Part shown: piece after piece, positions 25,867-39,181 of the stretch
How the letters are laid out: each line of letters begins with the position of its first letter
How positions within the stretch are numbered: position 1 is the stretch's first letter
Assembly (NCBI RefSeq): GCF_004010195.1
Contig: NC_057718.1
Coordinates: forward strand, 43,780,280-43,844,279
Length of the DNA stretch: 64,000 nt
Source of the DNA: Chiloscyllium plagiosum
Taxonomy: Eukaryota
Direction of reading: 5' to 3'
Notes under the pieces: generated by a model
The model's database searches: none
Seen by the model: only the letters and a program-made list of their open reading frames with translations
Told to the model about the DNA's origin: nothing
Made by a program: the position numbers and the translations under genes

Positions 25867-26225
25867 TGAAATCCAAACTTTCTTTTGCCTCGGTCATGGA
25901 AATTGAATAGACTCGACTCAAATGCTAGCAAGAGCAAAGAAAAAGTTTATTTTTGACCTCTGCAAAGGGCCCTGATACATTGACAAGATGTCTCATGTAA
26001 GGGACACCTGATAGCTTTCACATATTCCCTTTATACTATAATTTGCTTCTCCTTATGAACACCTCAAGGCCAGGAGCCTGGAACATTCGAGTTCCTTTCC
26101 ATATATGGAGTTGTTTTTCTCATTCCTTGACTGTTGATATGGTAGTATAACTGGCTGTTGGTCGGTTTGCCTTTACATTTTTCTGTCTGTCTGCAATACT
26201 TGCCCCTATGCCTTTATAGATTTCA
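25867..26225. mobile_element. Possible solo LTR
   Basis: TGAAATC..GATTTCA 7-bp inverted ends with an internal TTTATT; no clear TSD. Confidence 0.35.
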
Positions 26226-28799
26226 CAATAAATATTAATTTTCCATTACAGCCTCCAACATTTCTGCCCACCATGACTCTACCCATAATGCCCTCCCCAA
26301 AGAACGCCATCCCACTCTCACTCTCCTGAGCTCAGGAATCCAACTGCATTCCCTGGTGAAGATATCAAGTACTATTGGCAGTAGCCAGTAATCGTGGTGA
26401 CACACCCAGCAAGAAAGAGCTGACAATCTCTGATTGGCTGGTAGCTCAGGGGCTGGAGAAAGTTTCCACTTTCTTGCTCCTAAATTCCAAGTAATCTAAC
26501 TCCACTCAGGCATCTAATTCAGTCAGGTTTGCCCCTTAGCAGCCAAATCAGTTTCCCGTGGGTTCTTTGAAAAATGGGCTGAACCCTTGCCAGTTATATC
26601 AAATTCCACCCCATAATTTTCTAAAGCAAATAGAAATGAAAGTTCATGAAGATCTGATTGTAAAACTGAATATTAAATTCTTGCTGTATTCCTTCAGACA
26701 AGGAATAAATCTGATTCCAGCTGTGGCACAGATTATTTCATATAAAAAGTTGGTAATGCATACTATTAATCAGACCCGGAGTGATCTCTGCAATAGTTTT
26801 AATTGCCTAAGTGAATCAGAGATGAAATTTTCAGCTTTTGTCCTTTAGTTGATTGTGTGTTTTAGTTGGTTTCTCACCTCTTCAATCTTATATGGTTTCC
26901 ACGTCGAGTGAAATGAGATATGAAAGAGTTGTAATATACAGGTATGACATTTATGAGGGACAAGGTGGGTGGGCTGTGTCTTTATTTTTCTTATATTTTG
27001 CAAACACTGTGGATTGCTTAAGCTATTTTATGCAGCTAGATTTTCAACAAAGCTGAATGGGATGGATGATAAAATAGACAGGCTTATTTTCAAAAGTGTT
27101 AGATGATTTCATGGTGTTAGAAGTTAATGTGTAGTAACTGCTTAAAAGTCTCCCTTTATGTGACTAACTTAACAATACACCTCTTTACTTGGACAGTTTT
27201 ATTTTACATTGTTAACATAATTTTATAATTGAAAAGATATATAACACTTTTTTTGTGTTTGCTAATGGTGAACAAAGTATATGTGAGGGGAAACTGGCTT
27301 TTGGAGTGGGAGAAACTAAACTGTTTTCATGGAGTGACTTGTGAGTCCACATATATTTCTGTTGGGCTAATCATCCATCATCCTGCCAGAAAGCTTCTTG
27401 GGTGTTGCCACTGTGTCCCTTGTGTAGTCATTTGTAATAAAATAATAACCATCTGGTATTCCTGTAATAAGCAATTAGTTACATTTGAAAGCAAATAATT
27501 TTTAGGCAACTGAATAAAGTATAACTGATTTTAAATGTTATTTATAATTTGGTTTAACCTAAACCAATGTGTTAATGTGCACAATAGTCTGATGTACATT
27601 TTCAAACTCGACTTACATCAGACAGGCCTTAGTTTTTGCTTCATTTTCAATGTTGTTATGACTGGAAATTATTTTGTTCAACTGGCTGATTAGTACCACT
27701 GTCTGTAATATACATCAACAAAGATGTGCCTTGATTTTGGATTATTAAACAATAAATTAAATTATGAAACATTAATGTCGTATTGAATTTGCAAAGCTCA
27801 ACATTGAGAAAAACAATAATTGTAGACATTATGTGATATGTTTACATATTATTAGGCACACTATATAGTAGATTTTTCTGTTATTGGTTCATTATTGTGC
27901 CTATCAAAATCAATATGTGGTCTACTGGTTGTAAATATGACCTACACCCTTCCTAATTGTGAATGTCAGCCAAATTTATTCAGGCTAGCTTTTCTTTTGC
28001 ATGTACCGCTCAGTCAAATCTATTTCTTGACTTTAACTTAGGTCAATTTCCTTCTCATTACCACTCTTTCTCTTCTCAATGGGTTGTCACGTTCAGAAAA
28101 CAGTCGAAAGTTTTCACACTTTTTCAAGGCTTACAAAGTCTTTGCTGCTTAGTGCAATCAGAAACAGACATATTTGATGCAAGATGTGTATAAAGTTTTC
28201 TTTGAGGGAAGAAACCACTTTAGGAAGGTATCTCACCTGGAGGCCTGGTTTGCAGCTGATTAAATCCATCATGAGACTCCAGGGAGAAACTAGTGTTATA
28301 ATGGAGAAAGACCATTGAAATTTGAAGCTGTGACCACAGCAGTCTGAAGGGACCACCTTAACCATTACTCTACCTGTCTTCCGTCAGATAGATTTTGAAG
28401 TTTATGACTGAACAGTGATTGTTCTAATCTTCACAGTTCCATTTGGGATTATGAAATGTGACAGTCACTCCCAGTTGTAAACCCAGTGTATCATTTTATT
28501 ATAAATTTCAAAGTATTTTGAAGAAGGATTATTGAAGTTAGTATGCTGAAAATCTGCATAGCTTTTTTTGTGAATTCATAGCAATACTTTTAAATGTTTA
28601 ATTATATGGAACTTTTCATGGAAGTCTGAAAAATAATCCTGTGTTCTCTGTTTTCATCTTTGCTACAAAGTTACAATGTTTAAATAATAAAGACTTACAA
28701 AATTTTTGCATTCAATTTACTGCAGCCTCTAATGCTGACAGATGTGTGGGCTTCATGTGGACTTCTGGTCTTTATCCAGCTCTTTTTTTTTCTTTCCAG

Positions 28800-28985
28800 T
28801 TCCACAAAATGTGTCAACTCCCTCAAGAATTCACAGTATAAATGGTTACAGAGTTAAGGTGAGCTGGGACGAGCCAGCTGAGGTCAGAGGTGTAATTGAG
28901 AAGTACATTTTGAAAGCACACAATGAGGACAGTCCCAGCACGCCCCTCATCAGAGCCAACTTTACTGACACCCGTTCCCTGGCAG
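28800..28985 (+). pseudogene. USH2A: USH2A exon (about human exon 30), FN3 domain, open frame with intact splice sites
   Basis: Polypyrimidine tract ending ttccag, 186 nt open reading (VPQNVSTPSRIHSINGYRVKVSWDEPAEVRGVIEKYILKAHNEDSPSTPLIRANFTDTRSLA), donor GTAAGC. Confidence 0.95.
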
Positions 28986-29369
28986 GTAAGCTCCACAGAC
29001 TGATGAAATAACCAAGAAAATTATTGTGTAATGAATGTAATGCAGATTGTGCCTTAATTGAATTAAAGGCTGGGTGATACAGATACAGACACCTGTCCAA
29101 TTACAGTCAGGATAAGGTGTTTACTGTTGCTGTATGGGGCTACATGAAGATGACAAGAATCATTCCTCCCACAGATTAACATAATGAAGAGGAACAGATT
29201 ATAATAGTTGCTGGCCAGTCTCTGATGTGACTGCACAAAATGTAGAAGTGTATTGGTAGCACATTTCTGCAGGCTGCATTCTTAGTATTTTAATTTGCTT
29301 GTTTTACGCTGTTACTTCTGTATAATAAGGTAATTTAAACTTGCCAATTCTTGTTTGTTCCTTTTATAG

Positions 29370-29479
29370 AAAACTTGACTGATCTGATTCCTTTTACAAA
29401 TTATAGAATAGCACCGAGTGTCTGCACATTGGCTGGCTTTTCAGACAGTGCACATGGTAGCTTACAACACCAGAAGAAG
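29370..29479 (+). pseudogene. USH2A: USH2A exon relic (about human exon 31), frameshifted
   Basis: Acceptor ttttatag. Reads NLTDLIPFTNYRIAPSVCTLAGFSDSAHG, shifts frame, then LTTPEE. Length is 110 nt, not a multiple of 3 for a phase 1-1 exon. The conserved GC Cys has become Phe; donor is GTAGAG. Confidence 0.9.
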
Positions 29480-29920
29480 GTAGAGCATTTAAAGAGGTTT
29501 TAACTTCTACATTTCTATGATGAATAATAAAATAGGTGAACAACTAAAGAATTGCAAAGCCATTTACTGGAAAACTCCAACCTAATTTGATGACAAAGTA
29601 CATTGCCAGACCATAATTGTTCCGTTTTTGGTGAGAAAATGAATCAAACTCGATACCGTTTAATGACATGCATCTTTAATAGCTGTAATGCAGATTAATG
29701 GGCTTTTTAATTGCTGTTACATTGTTCATGCAAGAGCCTCGTCGTTAATATGAGGCATCTGAAAGATTAATGAAAGCTTCTTCATTTTACTACAGCAGAG
29801 AAGTAAATCCAGGGACAGTCTGACTAAAAAGAATTGATTGTATGGCAAAGTATGAAATTGGAAATCAGATGCTTGATTTCCATGAGGTTCTTAAACCGAC
29901 AAAGTATTTTTTTTCCTAAG

Positions 29921-29938
29921 CTCCTTAGGATGTTCAAG
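29921..29938 (+). pseudogene. USH2A: USH2A: 5' 18 nt of the exon-32 equivalent (candidate micro-exon) with a nonsense codon
   Basis: Acceptor ttttttttcctaag, then (G)CT CCT TAG GAT GTT CAA G = AP*DVQ versus human APQEVQ. Homology stops abruptly. Confidence 0.75.
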
Positions 29939-30548
29939 TTTACCACATTATTTAAGCCATTTTATTTAACCTTCAAGTTCATTATTTGGAATGCCTCTGC
30001 TGCTTACTAGGCAATAGGTTTCGATTTTGCCATGATGTCTAAACAGATCCTTGAATATGCTTCATATCCATGAAGACAGTGCAGACCACAACCTCAGCCT
30101 TATAAATTTCATTCAAAACTGCAAATGACTTCGAAATTTTAGTGCCGAGGAACAGATTCTTCTATAGCAACATATAATAGATTTACTTTGCAGTGCTGTG
30201 AAGAGCAATTACTATTTTTAATCTAATTTGCCTACTGTTCCTTGAATACCTAAGTGGAACCATGGCGTGAGTTTAACAAGAGATTAACACTGAATAAAAA
30301 CAATACCTCAGAATTAATTTTACTTTAAATGCGCAAAAAAATCATTTTAAAATCAATAGCATGAGTGATCAGCTATTTTTATATATGTGTCTATAATGAT
30401 ATTGGCAAGTAAAACACAAGTATTGTAGATTGTTATTATTGAACACCATCCTATATGAAGAGTAATGGTTATTTTTAATCAATTACTTATATAATTTAGT
30501 GTCATTTCTTGCCCCTCATCATTTTAACCAAACTACCCAGTCCATTAA

Positions 30549-32700
30549 ACAACTATAGGGATGGAATCAAGATTTTCTTTTGAAAATGTGAGCATTTCTG
30601 GCAAGGTTACCATTTATTATCCATCCCTAATTGCCCTTGAGAGTACTATAGTGAGCCATCTCCTTGAACTGTAATAGCCCCATATGATGTCAATACACCA
30701 ACAATGCTGCAGGCAAGGGAATTCAAACTTTTTGAGCCAGTGACAGTAAATTAATGTATAAAATAGAGCTGAATCTTAGTGCTTTTTTGGTTAAGTGTCA
30801 GTTTTATCAAGTTTTTTTTTAAAAGATCTCTGTCCAGAAGGCCTAGCATGATCTTTCACTGTACCTTATGAAAATCACATCATTAGCAATCTACATAGCT
30901 ATTATGGTATCTCTCTTGACTAATTCCTGCCCAGCGTGCCATACCCCTTTCCTGGAAGAAATTGCCACTCACCAGTTGTTTATTAAAGAGCTGCATCACT
31001 GGCACCCACTCCATATTTAACAGGTCACTGTGCCCATAGATGTGTACTGGCATTCTGAAGCTGTCCTGCACAGTGTTTCACATTCAGTTAGAAACTGTTG
31101 GAGAAAGGGAAGGCAGTGCTATGATTCTCCAACAGGGACCTGGAGGATCTGGTGGGTTGGGTAGTCCAGAGGAGGTGCAATCTCTTTCTGGTGAACTGGC
31201 AGAGGAGGAAATAAAAAAGACCCTTGCAAACAGTCTGAGATGACAACCGGGTGACAGTGTGATCACAGTCCAGAGGAGGGGCCAGTAATGCCGCAGGAAC
31301 TTCCTGCTGTGCCAGGGTAAGTGCCGCCCTCTTTTCTCTGTATTTCATACTCACTTATCTCTGATACTGCAACCACCTCCAACCAAGGCTCATGCTCTGC
31401 TACTCTCACAATTGCCTTCAATATTTTCCCTCATTTGCTCTCACTCCCATACCATTCCTGTGAGTTGGCAATCAAGGACTTCATCCACACCCAGAGGAAA
31501 AACAGGAGCTGGAAACAGCCATGTGGGAGACAATGACCCTTAGGACCCAGAGGCTGCAGGATTGCAGCTATGCTAAGAGGACCCAGCTGACTCAATATCT
31601 GGCTGTATCCATGGACAGGTTGGTGGTTGCCATGGATAGCCAGGTCCAGCACCCTCAAGGTCTGTTGGAGAAATGCACACACCTACACTCTATTGCCCCA
31701 GCCATTGGTCCTCAGGACCAAAGTCAACAGGGTGGTGGGGAATCTGATGGCCCCTCCTCACAAGGAGACATCCAGCTGGAGGTAGGACCACAGACATGAC
31801 CCTCGAATTTATCTTCTCAGGACATGGCAGAGTTGGCCAGGCCTTTCGCCTCCACCTTGTCTGTGCTCCACCACCCCTGATCCTTGGAAGTTATAGCTGA
31901 GGACGGTCTCTGGCAAGAAGGCCCTGAGCATGCCCAGGTCATCAAAACATGACTGCTTCCAGGGTTTCCCTCCCACTCCACCAGGGCCAATAAGCTTCAT
32001 TTCAAACAGGCTCCGTCCCTCCAGCTGTGCGACGTGGGATAACACTGAGGCAGAGTGGAAGAGAAAGAAAGATAACATCCTTTTCCAAAAATGGAACTCT
32101 GGTGGCCCACATGACAACACAGTGTAAGTCACATTTGCAGAAATGTTATTGGTGCTGCACTATGATCCCTGTGGAACCCTGAATGTAACTGAGTCAATGT
32201 GATACTTATGGTGCATGCAGCATGCATCATGAACTGATGTCTAAATTGAGAGCTTTGTGCAGTATGTGGAAGCAAGATGAATAACATTTCTACAGCAATG
32301 GGCTGTGCTGACACTAACACTCCTCATGGTTGAATGTCTCTATTCTTTCTCTGGTCTCTATGTGCAATAAATGGGCCAGGGAGGTGAACAATTAATACGG
32401 AGTCAAGGCATTAAGATCATCAGGGATTAGGGAGCCAGCTGGTGTGTGCCCTGTACAACTACAGGGATGGAATCAAGATTTTCTTTTGAGAATATGAGCA
32501 TTTTTGGCAAGACTACCATTTATTATCTATTCCTAATTGCCCTTGAGAGTACTATAGTGAGCCATCTCCTTGAACTGTAATTGCCCCATGTGATGTCAAT
32601 GTGCCAACAATGCTGCAGGCAAGGGAATCCAAACTTTTTGAGCCAGTGACAATAAATTAATATATAAAATAGAGCTGAAACTTAGTGCTTATTTTGTTAA
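30549..32700 (+). repeat. 246-bp direct duplication (30549-30794 and 32455-32700)
   Basis: Gap-free alignment by eye, over 90% identical. Confidence 0.9.
30764..32454 (+). mobile_element. PIF/Harbinger-like relic (Myb/SANT gene)
   Basis: TIR-like GAGCTGAATCTTA start; a decayed Myb exon ends ..GCCAGG/GTAAGT near 31317; shares blocks with 15590-16070. Confidence 0.5.
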
Positions 32701-33399
32701 TGGACCAACGTGTAATGTTACTCCTCTCTAGGGGCCTGACTTTGGTAGGACTTAGAGGCCCACCTCTCATAGGTTGAGACGTTTACCCTGCTCAGTTTGG
32801 ATGTAGGTCACAGCCATTTTCTTTCCCATTCCATGCTTTCAATTTCCATCATGATGGAAGGTGACATCAGCCAATATCTTTAAGTCTCTGCCTTTACATG
32901 ACAGTGAGACCCTGAATGCCAATTTCTCCTTCCTGAGACCCCTTCCCATAATCTCAATAGGCTTTGCACCTCTCCAGGTACCCATCCAACACATCTACAT
33001 GTGGCTTTACTTCCCTACTATTTCCACCAGGCCCTGCTAAATGAGACAACCATGGTCATACACTGTCTACCCCTTAAAACCAGGCTGCTCCTGATCATGG
33101 AATACCCCTGTCCTGTGTTACCCCATTACCATCCATGTTTTACCATATCCCCTCCTTACAAATACAATTGCCTGCCTTCACATTGTCATCCTCTCATGGC
33201 CCCCAGCCTGCAACCCCTATTCCCACAAATATGTTCCTGAGTCTCCTTACCACAGTAGTGATGGGTGAGGCGAGAAAAGCTCATAAGGTTCTTAACAACC
33301 AGTATGTTTCCTAAATAGGCAACTCATTGCTGACTAGCAAGTATCTTGCCTCAACATCCATCAGTTGAATAAAAGATGATGTGAGGGACTTCTGAAATT

Positions 33400-34340
33400 G
33401 AATAGGCCTTGTTGGACTTCTCATTCACTTCTGCCACAAATTATGCCATAGCCAATATTATTCTCGAGTGTCACTGAAGCTATATTCATCCAGATATCTG
33501 GAAAGCTTCCAAAATACTCTTGACTTAGGGTTTATGGATGATACACAGGCTTTGGGGACTCAAGAGGTGAGTTACCTGCCACAGAATTTCCAGCTCTGGC
33601 TTTCTGTGGTAGCCACAGTATTTATTTGAATGGTTAATTGTAATCGTTAGTTTGCTGATGGTGGGGGATTCAAAGTTGTTACTTTGTTTTATTCATTCAA
33701 GGGCTAAGAGCTTTAATGGCTGAGCTAACATTTATTGCCCATGCCTAATTGCCATGGAGAAAGTGGTGGTGAGCTGTCGTCTTGAACTGCCGCTGTCCAT
33801 TTGGTGCAGGTACACTCACAATGTTGTTTGGGAGGGAATTCCAGGATTTTCACCCAATAACAATGAAAGAAGAGCAATATATTTCCAAGTCAGGATGGGG
33901 AGTGATTCATTGAATGTTAAGGGGAGTGGTTAGATTCTTTCTTGTTGGACAGGCAATGCCTGCCACTTGCATGACACAATATTATTTTCATTTACCTACC
34001 CTAAACGTTATCCAGGCAATGTATCTATACCAGCATCTGAGGAATGGCAAATGATTCTGAACATGGCCATCATTTGCAAACAACCGCATTTCTGACCTTT
34101 GATAAAACAATTGAGAATGTTTTGGCCAGTACCGCTGACAAACTCCTGTAATTATGTTTTGGAGCTGAAGTGACTGGCCTTCAACAATCCTAGCCATTTT
34201 CCTTATATTATGCATAATTCCAACAGTGGAGAGTTTTTACCAATTCCCATTGATTTCAATTTTGCTGGGGTTCCTTGATTCTACACACACTCAAATGCTG
34301 TCCTCATGTCAAGGGCAATCACTTTCACATCAGCTCACCA
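33400..34340 (-). mobile_element. Non-LTR LINE fragments (same family as 19415)
   Basis: QRSEMRLFAND and a 3' end at about 33690-33900. Confidence 0.65.
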
Positions 34341-37300
34341 ATTTCTATGTAGATAGATCAATTTATGTGTTGAAAGAGTTTCTTTTCATGCATTACATAC
34401 TGCACTTAATAAATTTCCTTCTTAGTCTTTTCCTTCCTGGTCCTGGTAAATTAAATATTTTGCTTGATGATTTGAATCAGAAAGATCAGTCATTTTCAGA
34501 TTCCTACTTTCTCTCCACAGGCAATAGTTCACCTTTTGAGTAGTTCCAGCATTTCCTGATTTGTGTTTTAGATTTTCAGCACTATAGTATTTTGCCTTTT
34601 GTATTAATAAGTTTGATATCCGTTCTGCACTGCAGAATAAATTAGGCCCTCTGTATTTCTGTAGAGTTAACTCTTTTCAAAGACTATTACCTGGAAATTC
34701 CTGTTAGTTAAACCCAGAATGTTTGCATGATATTCCTTCTGTTTGCTGGTTCAATGGTGTTAAATAACCTGTCAAAGACATGTCATGTGATTATGTTCAA
34801 CATTTGTCCATTAATGTTACCAGTAATCATTTTGAGGGTTTTAGTTCTAATTAGAGTTTTTCATAAGGTAGATTGTGCTTTCGCTTATCACATACAAAAA
34901 CTGGTATTTATTGCAGAAATTTTATGACTTCAATTCATTAGCCAAATATTTAAAATTAGAAATTCTAACATTTATTGAAGCAGAAAGAAGTGAGAATACT
35001 CAAAATATTTTCAATCACCTAAGTATCCAAAAAACATATTAATTATTATGAAAATAGGCATTTCAAATTCAAACCTACAACAGAAGTTATTGCATTTTCT
35101 CAGTTCTGGAATTTATAGGACAACCACTTCAATACTCGATACTTAGGCTGCATGGTAATTACCCCACACATTCCACCCAATTCAAATTTAGTATTGGTGA
35201 TATGATATGCATTTGTAAATGTTGAAATGATCCAGTGCTAGTTGTCTAAGACTGTTCAATTTTGTAGAAAGCAAACTAATAAAGTTTTATATAGAGAGAT
35301 TAAAAATATTGAGGCACAATATGTAGACAGTGGTGAGGACTCAACGATGTACCACTTGTACAATATGCGTGAATTTCATTTCAGTGAAATCAATGTGATG
35401 TAAAACAGTTCAGTTGCAATGGCTGTTGTGGTGCAATGTTTGTGTCTCTATCTTTGGGCATCAAGTTCTAGATTTGAGGACTACCTGTCAACAAAGCGTG
35501 TCTGTTCATGTCTGAACAGGTTTATTTCAACAACAAAAAAAGTTTCACAATGGACATCTGATCAGTTTTACTAGTTAATTTGCTCAGGCAATTAAAACTT
35601 ATCCCTCAGTTTTTCAACCTTATTCAGGAAACCTTTATTTGACCAATAAGGACAATAAGTCACAGTTAAATCCATAATATAATTACAATATATCTTAGTA
35701 GTGCTGTCACCAAGAACAAATCCTTAAGCATCATAATTTGTAAGAAAATCTAATTTATTTCCAAAGCTCTGCAAGTGACGCCAATTCCAGGAAGCTGTAA
35801 TATTTTCCATCGTATTTCTAATTTAAACATTTTGTGACTTATTCAGTTCTATACATCTCAAAAGTATTTGCTTAAATTGCACCACTTGCTTGAAAGCTTA
35901 TACCAAGATTGACATTAATAGGACCATGAAGTAATACAACTGCATGCTAACTGTTCACCTACAGCAAAGGCTATTGATTTTTTTTCATGAAGTGCTGGGA
36001 TAGTGTGATATGCAGAGTCTGATATTGACATTTGGTCTTGCCTTGGGTAAGTAAATTTTGACCTAGGGCATGCAGAGTATTCATCATGGAAAAACTTCCA
36101 TGCTGGAAAATGCATTGACATCTTTTGATGTTTACAATCACGACTGATGCAGTTCAGTCTAATAAAGATGCAGTAGAATGGAGACTAAATCTGTCTGTTT
36201 GTATTGTAATGATCATATTTGAATATGTAGTTATTCTGCTTTAATATATCTTCATTATAATGTTACTAAATGGTATAATAGATCCAATGTATGAAGAAAC
36301 AATATTGGTATCTTTTTAAATTAAAAAATAAACTAAGGCATGTACTTTGTTGTGATTCACAACTATATCTGTGATGTATAATTTAGCTTTATTTCAGATG
36401 TGAGACAAATATGTCCATTCCAGGTTTTCACTTAACATGGAAAGCTTCTCCATCTCAAGTTTCTGGGAGTAAACTGTTCTACCAAATAAGATAATGAAAG
36501 GAAATGTTCATCTTTAGCTAAAGTGCCTTCCCCATGAATTGTTGTAACATAAAAATATTGTTTACAACAAGAAGTATCACCTGAAATGAAATAAGCGATC
36601 ATCAGAGTGTAAAAGTTTTTTTAAAAACTGAGGGAAGTTTTTCAGGTACACTTCAGTCATGTTTACTTACCTGAAAAGTAAATGGTTACTGCATTACAAA
36701 ATCTCTTTCACTTGTTCACTTGATAATGGATGGATGAAAACTATCAGGGTGATAACTGTGTAGTTACTTGAATTACTGGCCACAAGGTCACTGGGTAGTG
36801 ATCAGTTATAGAAATACTACTATCTTTTCTCCTCCCTGCATTGAGGATATGAAAGACAATACTTGGACCCACACTTTCAGGTTGTGGAGATAAACCAATT
36901 CATTTCTTGAGTATGAAGTCTGGGACCTTCTTATCTGTACAACTCCACCTCCTACTTGATAAACTTGAAAAAATGAACTTTCTAAACCAAATCTATAACA
37001 CAACCATACCACTTACATATAAATATCAAATAATCCACCTTGTGCATACTATAATGTCTGTCTTTCATTAGCCTTTTACTGTTGTGGAACTCTGAGACAG
37101 TTCTCCCCTGATGGCTGCAACACAATTGGTAAAAGTATCTAACTTTCAGTGAATGAGAATGCATATGGCCTTTCAAGATGACATTAAAGAGCTAACATGC
37201 TGAATACCCATTTTTGCATTGCACCATTTCAATACTGTTTTGTAAGGAAAGCAGCTATCTGATAACATTGACGTCAGATCTCAGGTCAAATAGTGTTTAG

Positions 37301-37399
37301 AAGCCCTTAATGTAAGATGGTCATACAAGCATCTTTCCCTGTTTTGTATATATTATACATAGTTCAATAAAAAGATTTTAGTTAAAGACTAGCTGCACA

Positions 37400-38960
37400 T
37401 TCATCTCTGAGCAGGTTCGCAATAAAATGGCAATGGTGAAACCACAAAATTGTTCTTTAGATTAGCACGAAAGGTACCCAGCAGTGCAGAGAACTGATAA
37501 AGGCAAACAGTGGCAACAACCATGCTCTGACACAATACCAAGAATGGCAGACTATGCAGCAAGACAGGCAAAAGCAACAAGTAATCTGTTGCACTTTGTA
37601 AGCCCCTTTGAACATGGAAGTTTGCAGCCATGATGCTAACAGTCTGAGTTTGCGTGAGAACAATTTGAGCTGATGTGGCAGCCAGCTGACTTTGCATGAT
37701 GTCAATTTGAGCTTTCAGCATGGCATCAATAATTTGATGGTTTTTGATAGGGCTGTTTTGGAAGTTGAGATATTGGCCACTTGATCATACTACAATGTTA
37801 ATCCACAAATACACTCTTGGAGTTGACTAATACTTCTGTATCGAAAGGATGAGCTCTGAACTACATGAAAGCCATGTGCCAGATTGGTGCCAGACCCCAT
37901 CAAGTGCAAGCTTAATGGAAGATCTATTGTTGCTCCAAACATTTCAATGTCCAAACCATTTGCCTTCTTCTGCAGGTCACTTTGCCAACATTCTCACCTG
38001 AATTCTCTCCAGTACTACTCAAATGTTACATTGTCTTTCAGTCAGCTGGAACTTGCCCAGCTTCACACTTGCCCGGTTGCAGGCTGATCATGCACAATAT
38101 CTCACCATGAACGATCACAATTCTAAGCTATCCTCTAATGAATGCAACCTGTCAACATCTGGGCTGACAGCTACAAGTCTGAGAGCAAGTGACAGGGCTT
38201 CCACTTCATCACTGACTTCCTGCTTTGATACATATTGATTTTTCATCACTATCTAGACAGGTTACAGATCTTGGATATCTGAAAGGAGATAGGCATAAAG
38301 CTAGGTTTACCGCGGGAAGAGAAAAAGCATCGAGGTACGTGCTTGCACCAGCTGCAGCTTTCAAATCATAAGGAATGGTGGGATAAGGAAGAAGTGGAAT
38401 ACGAGCAGGGAAATTAAATATGAGCATCACTGTCAGCAACCTCAGCTATGGCCACTTCATTGATGGAAAACCCTATTTTCCTCATTGCAGTAAGGACACA
38501 CAGCCTTGCCTGACTGCACCAGTGAGATGCTGCTGTCTCCAGTTTTATGTCAGTGTTCTTGCAAGAGAGAGGTGAGTATGTCAATAAATGTGGTTCAATC
38601 TGTTTGGATAGTGGGGCAATCATGGTTGAACACCTGGCAGTATGTAGCATGCTGTAAGATGAGGGTGTGATATTGTGCCAAATGTGTGACACATAATGAA
38701 ATTATAAATGCTAGATGTGAGTTATGTTTGATTGTGCGGAGGTGAGTGATGGCAAGGTAGGCCAATTAGTAAGATGTGACATTTGAAGATCTCACCAGTC
38801 ATATGTGGTCATTGAGCTTCATCAATATCCTCAAGGTTAAATTCATAGCATCATCCACCATAGCTATCTAATTTTTTTGTCTCCATGACATTTGTGGGAA
38901 TGAGTGTTATGATGGGACAAACTGGTTGGCTGGTGACTAAGACACTGGCCCCACAGATAA
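37400..38960 (-). mobile_element. PIF/Harbinger-like Myb gene relic
   Basis: Minus strand IAMVDDAMNLTLRILMKLNDH near 38800-38870 and a Q/A-rich coiled-coil-like ORF at 37401-37721. Confidence 0.4.
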
Positions 38961-38984
38961 CTTACTGATTGCCAACTAATCATT

Positions 38985-39181
38985 GAGTCATAGATTCATA
39001 AAGTTGTACAGCATGGAAACAGACCCTTCAGTCCAACTTGTCCATGCTGACCAAATACTCTAACTTAATCTAGTCTCATTTGCCAGCATTTGGCCCATAT
39101 CCCTCTAAACCCTTCCTATTCATGTACCCATCCAGATGCATTTTTAATGTTGTTATTGTACCAGCCTCCACCACTTCCTCA
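38985..39181 (-). mobile_element. CR1 3' end
   Basis: CAGCATGGAAACAGACCCTTCAGTCCAAC..GTACCAGCCTCCACCACTTCCTC. Confidence 0.85.

Noticed and set aside
28742..29011. 89-aa ORF as a complete protein
   Set aside because: It reads through the polypyrimidine tract and the donor of an internal exon.
30549..32700. LTR retrotransposon bounded by 246-bp LTRs
   Set aside because: No TG..CA ends, PBS, PPT or pol motifs; the repeat unit is a chimera of other elements.
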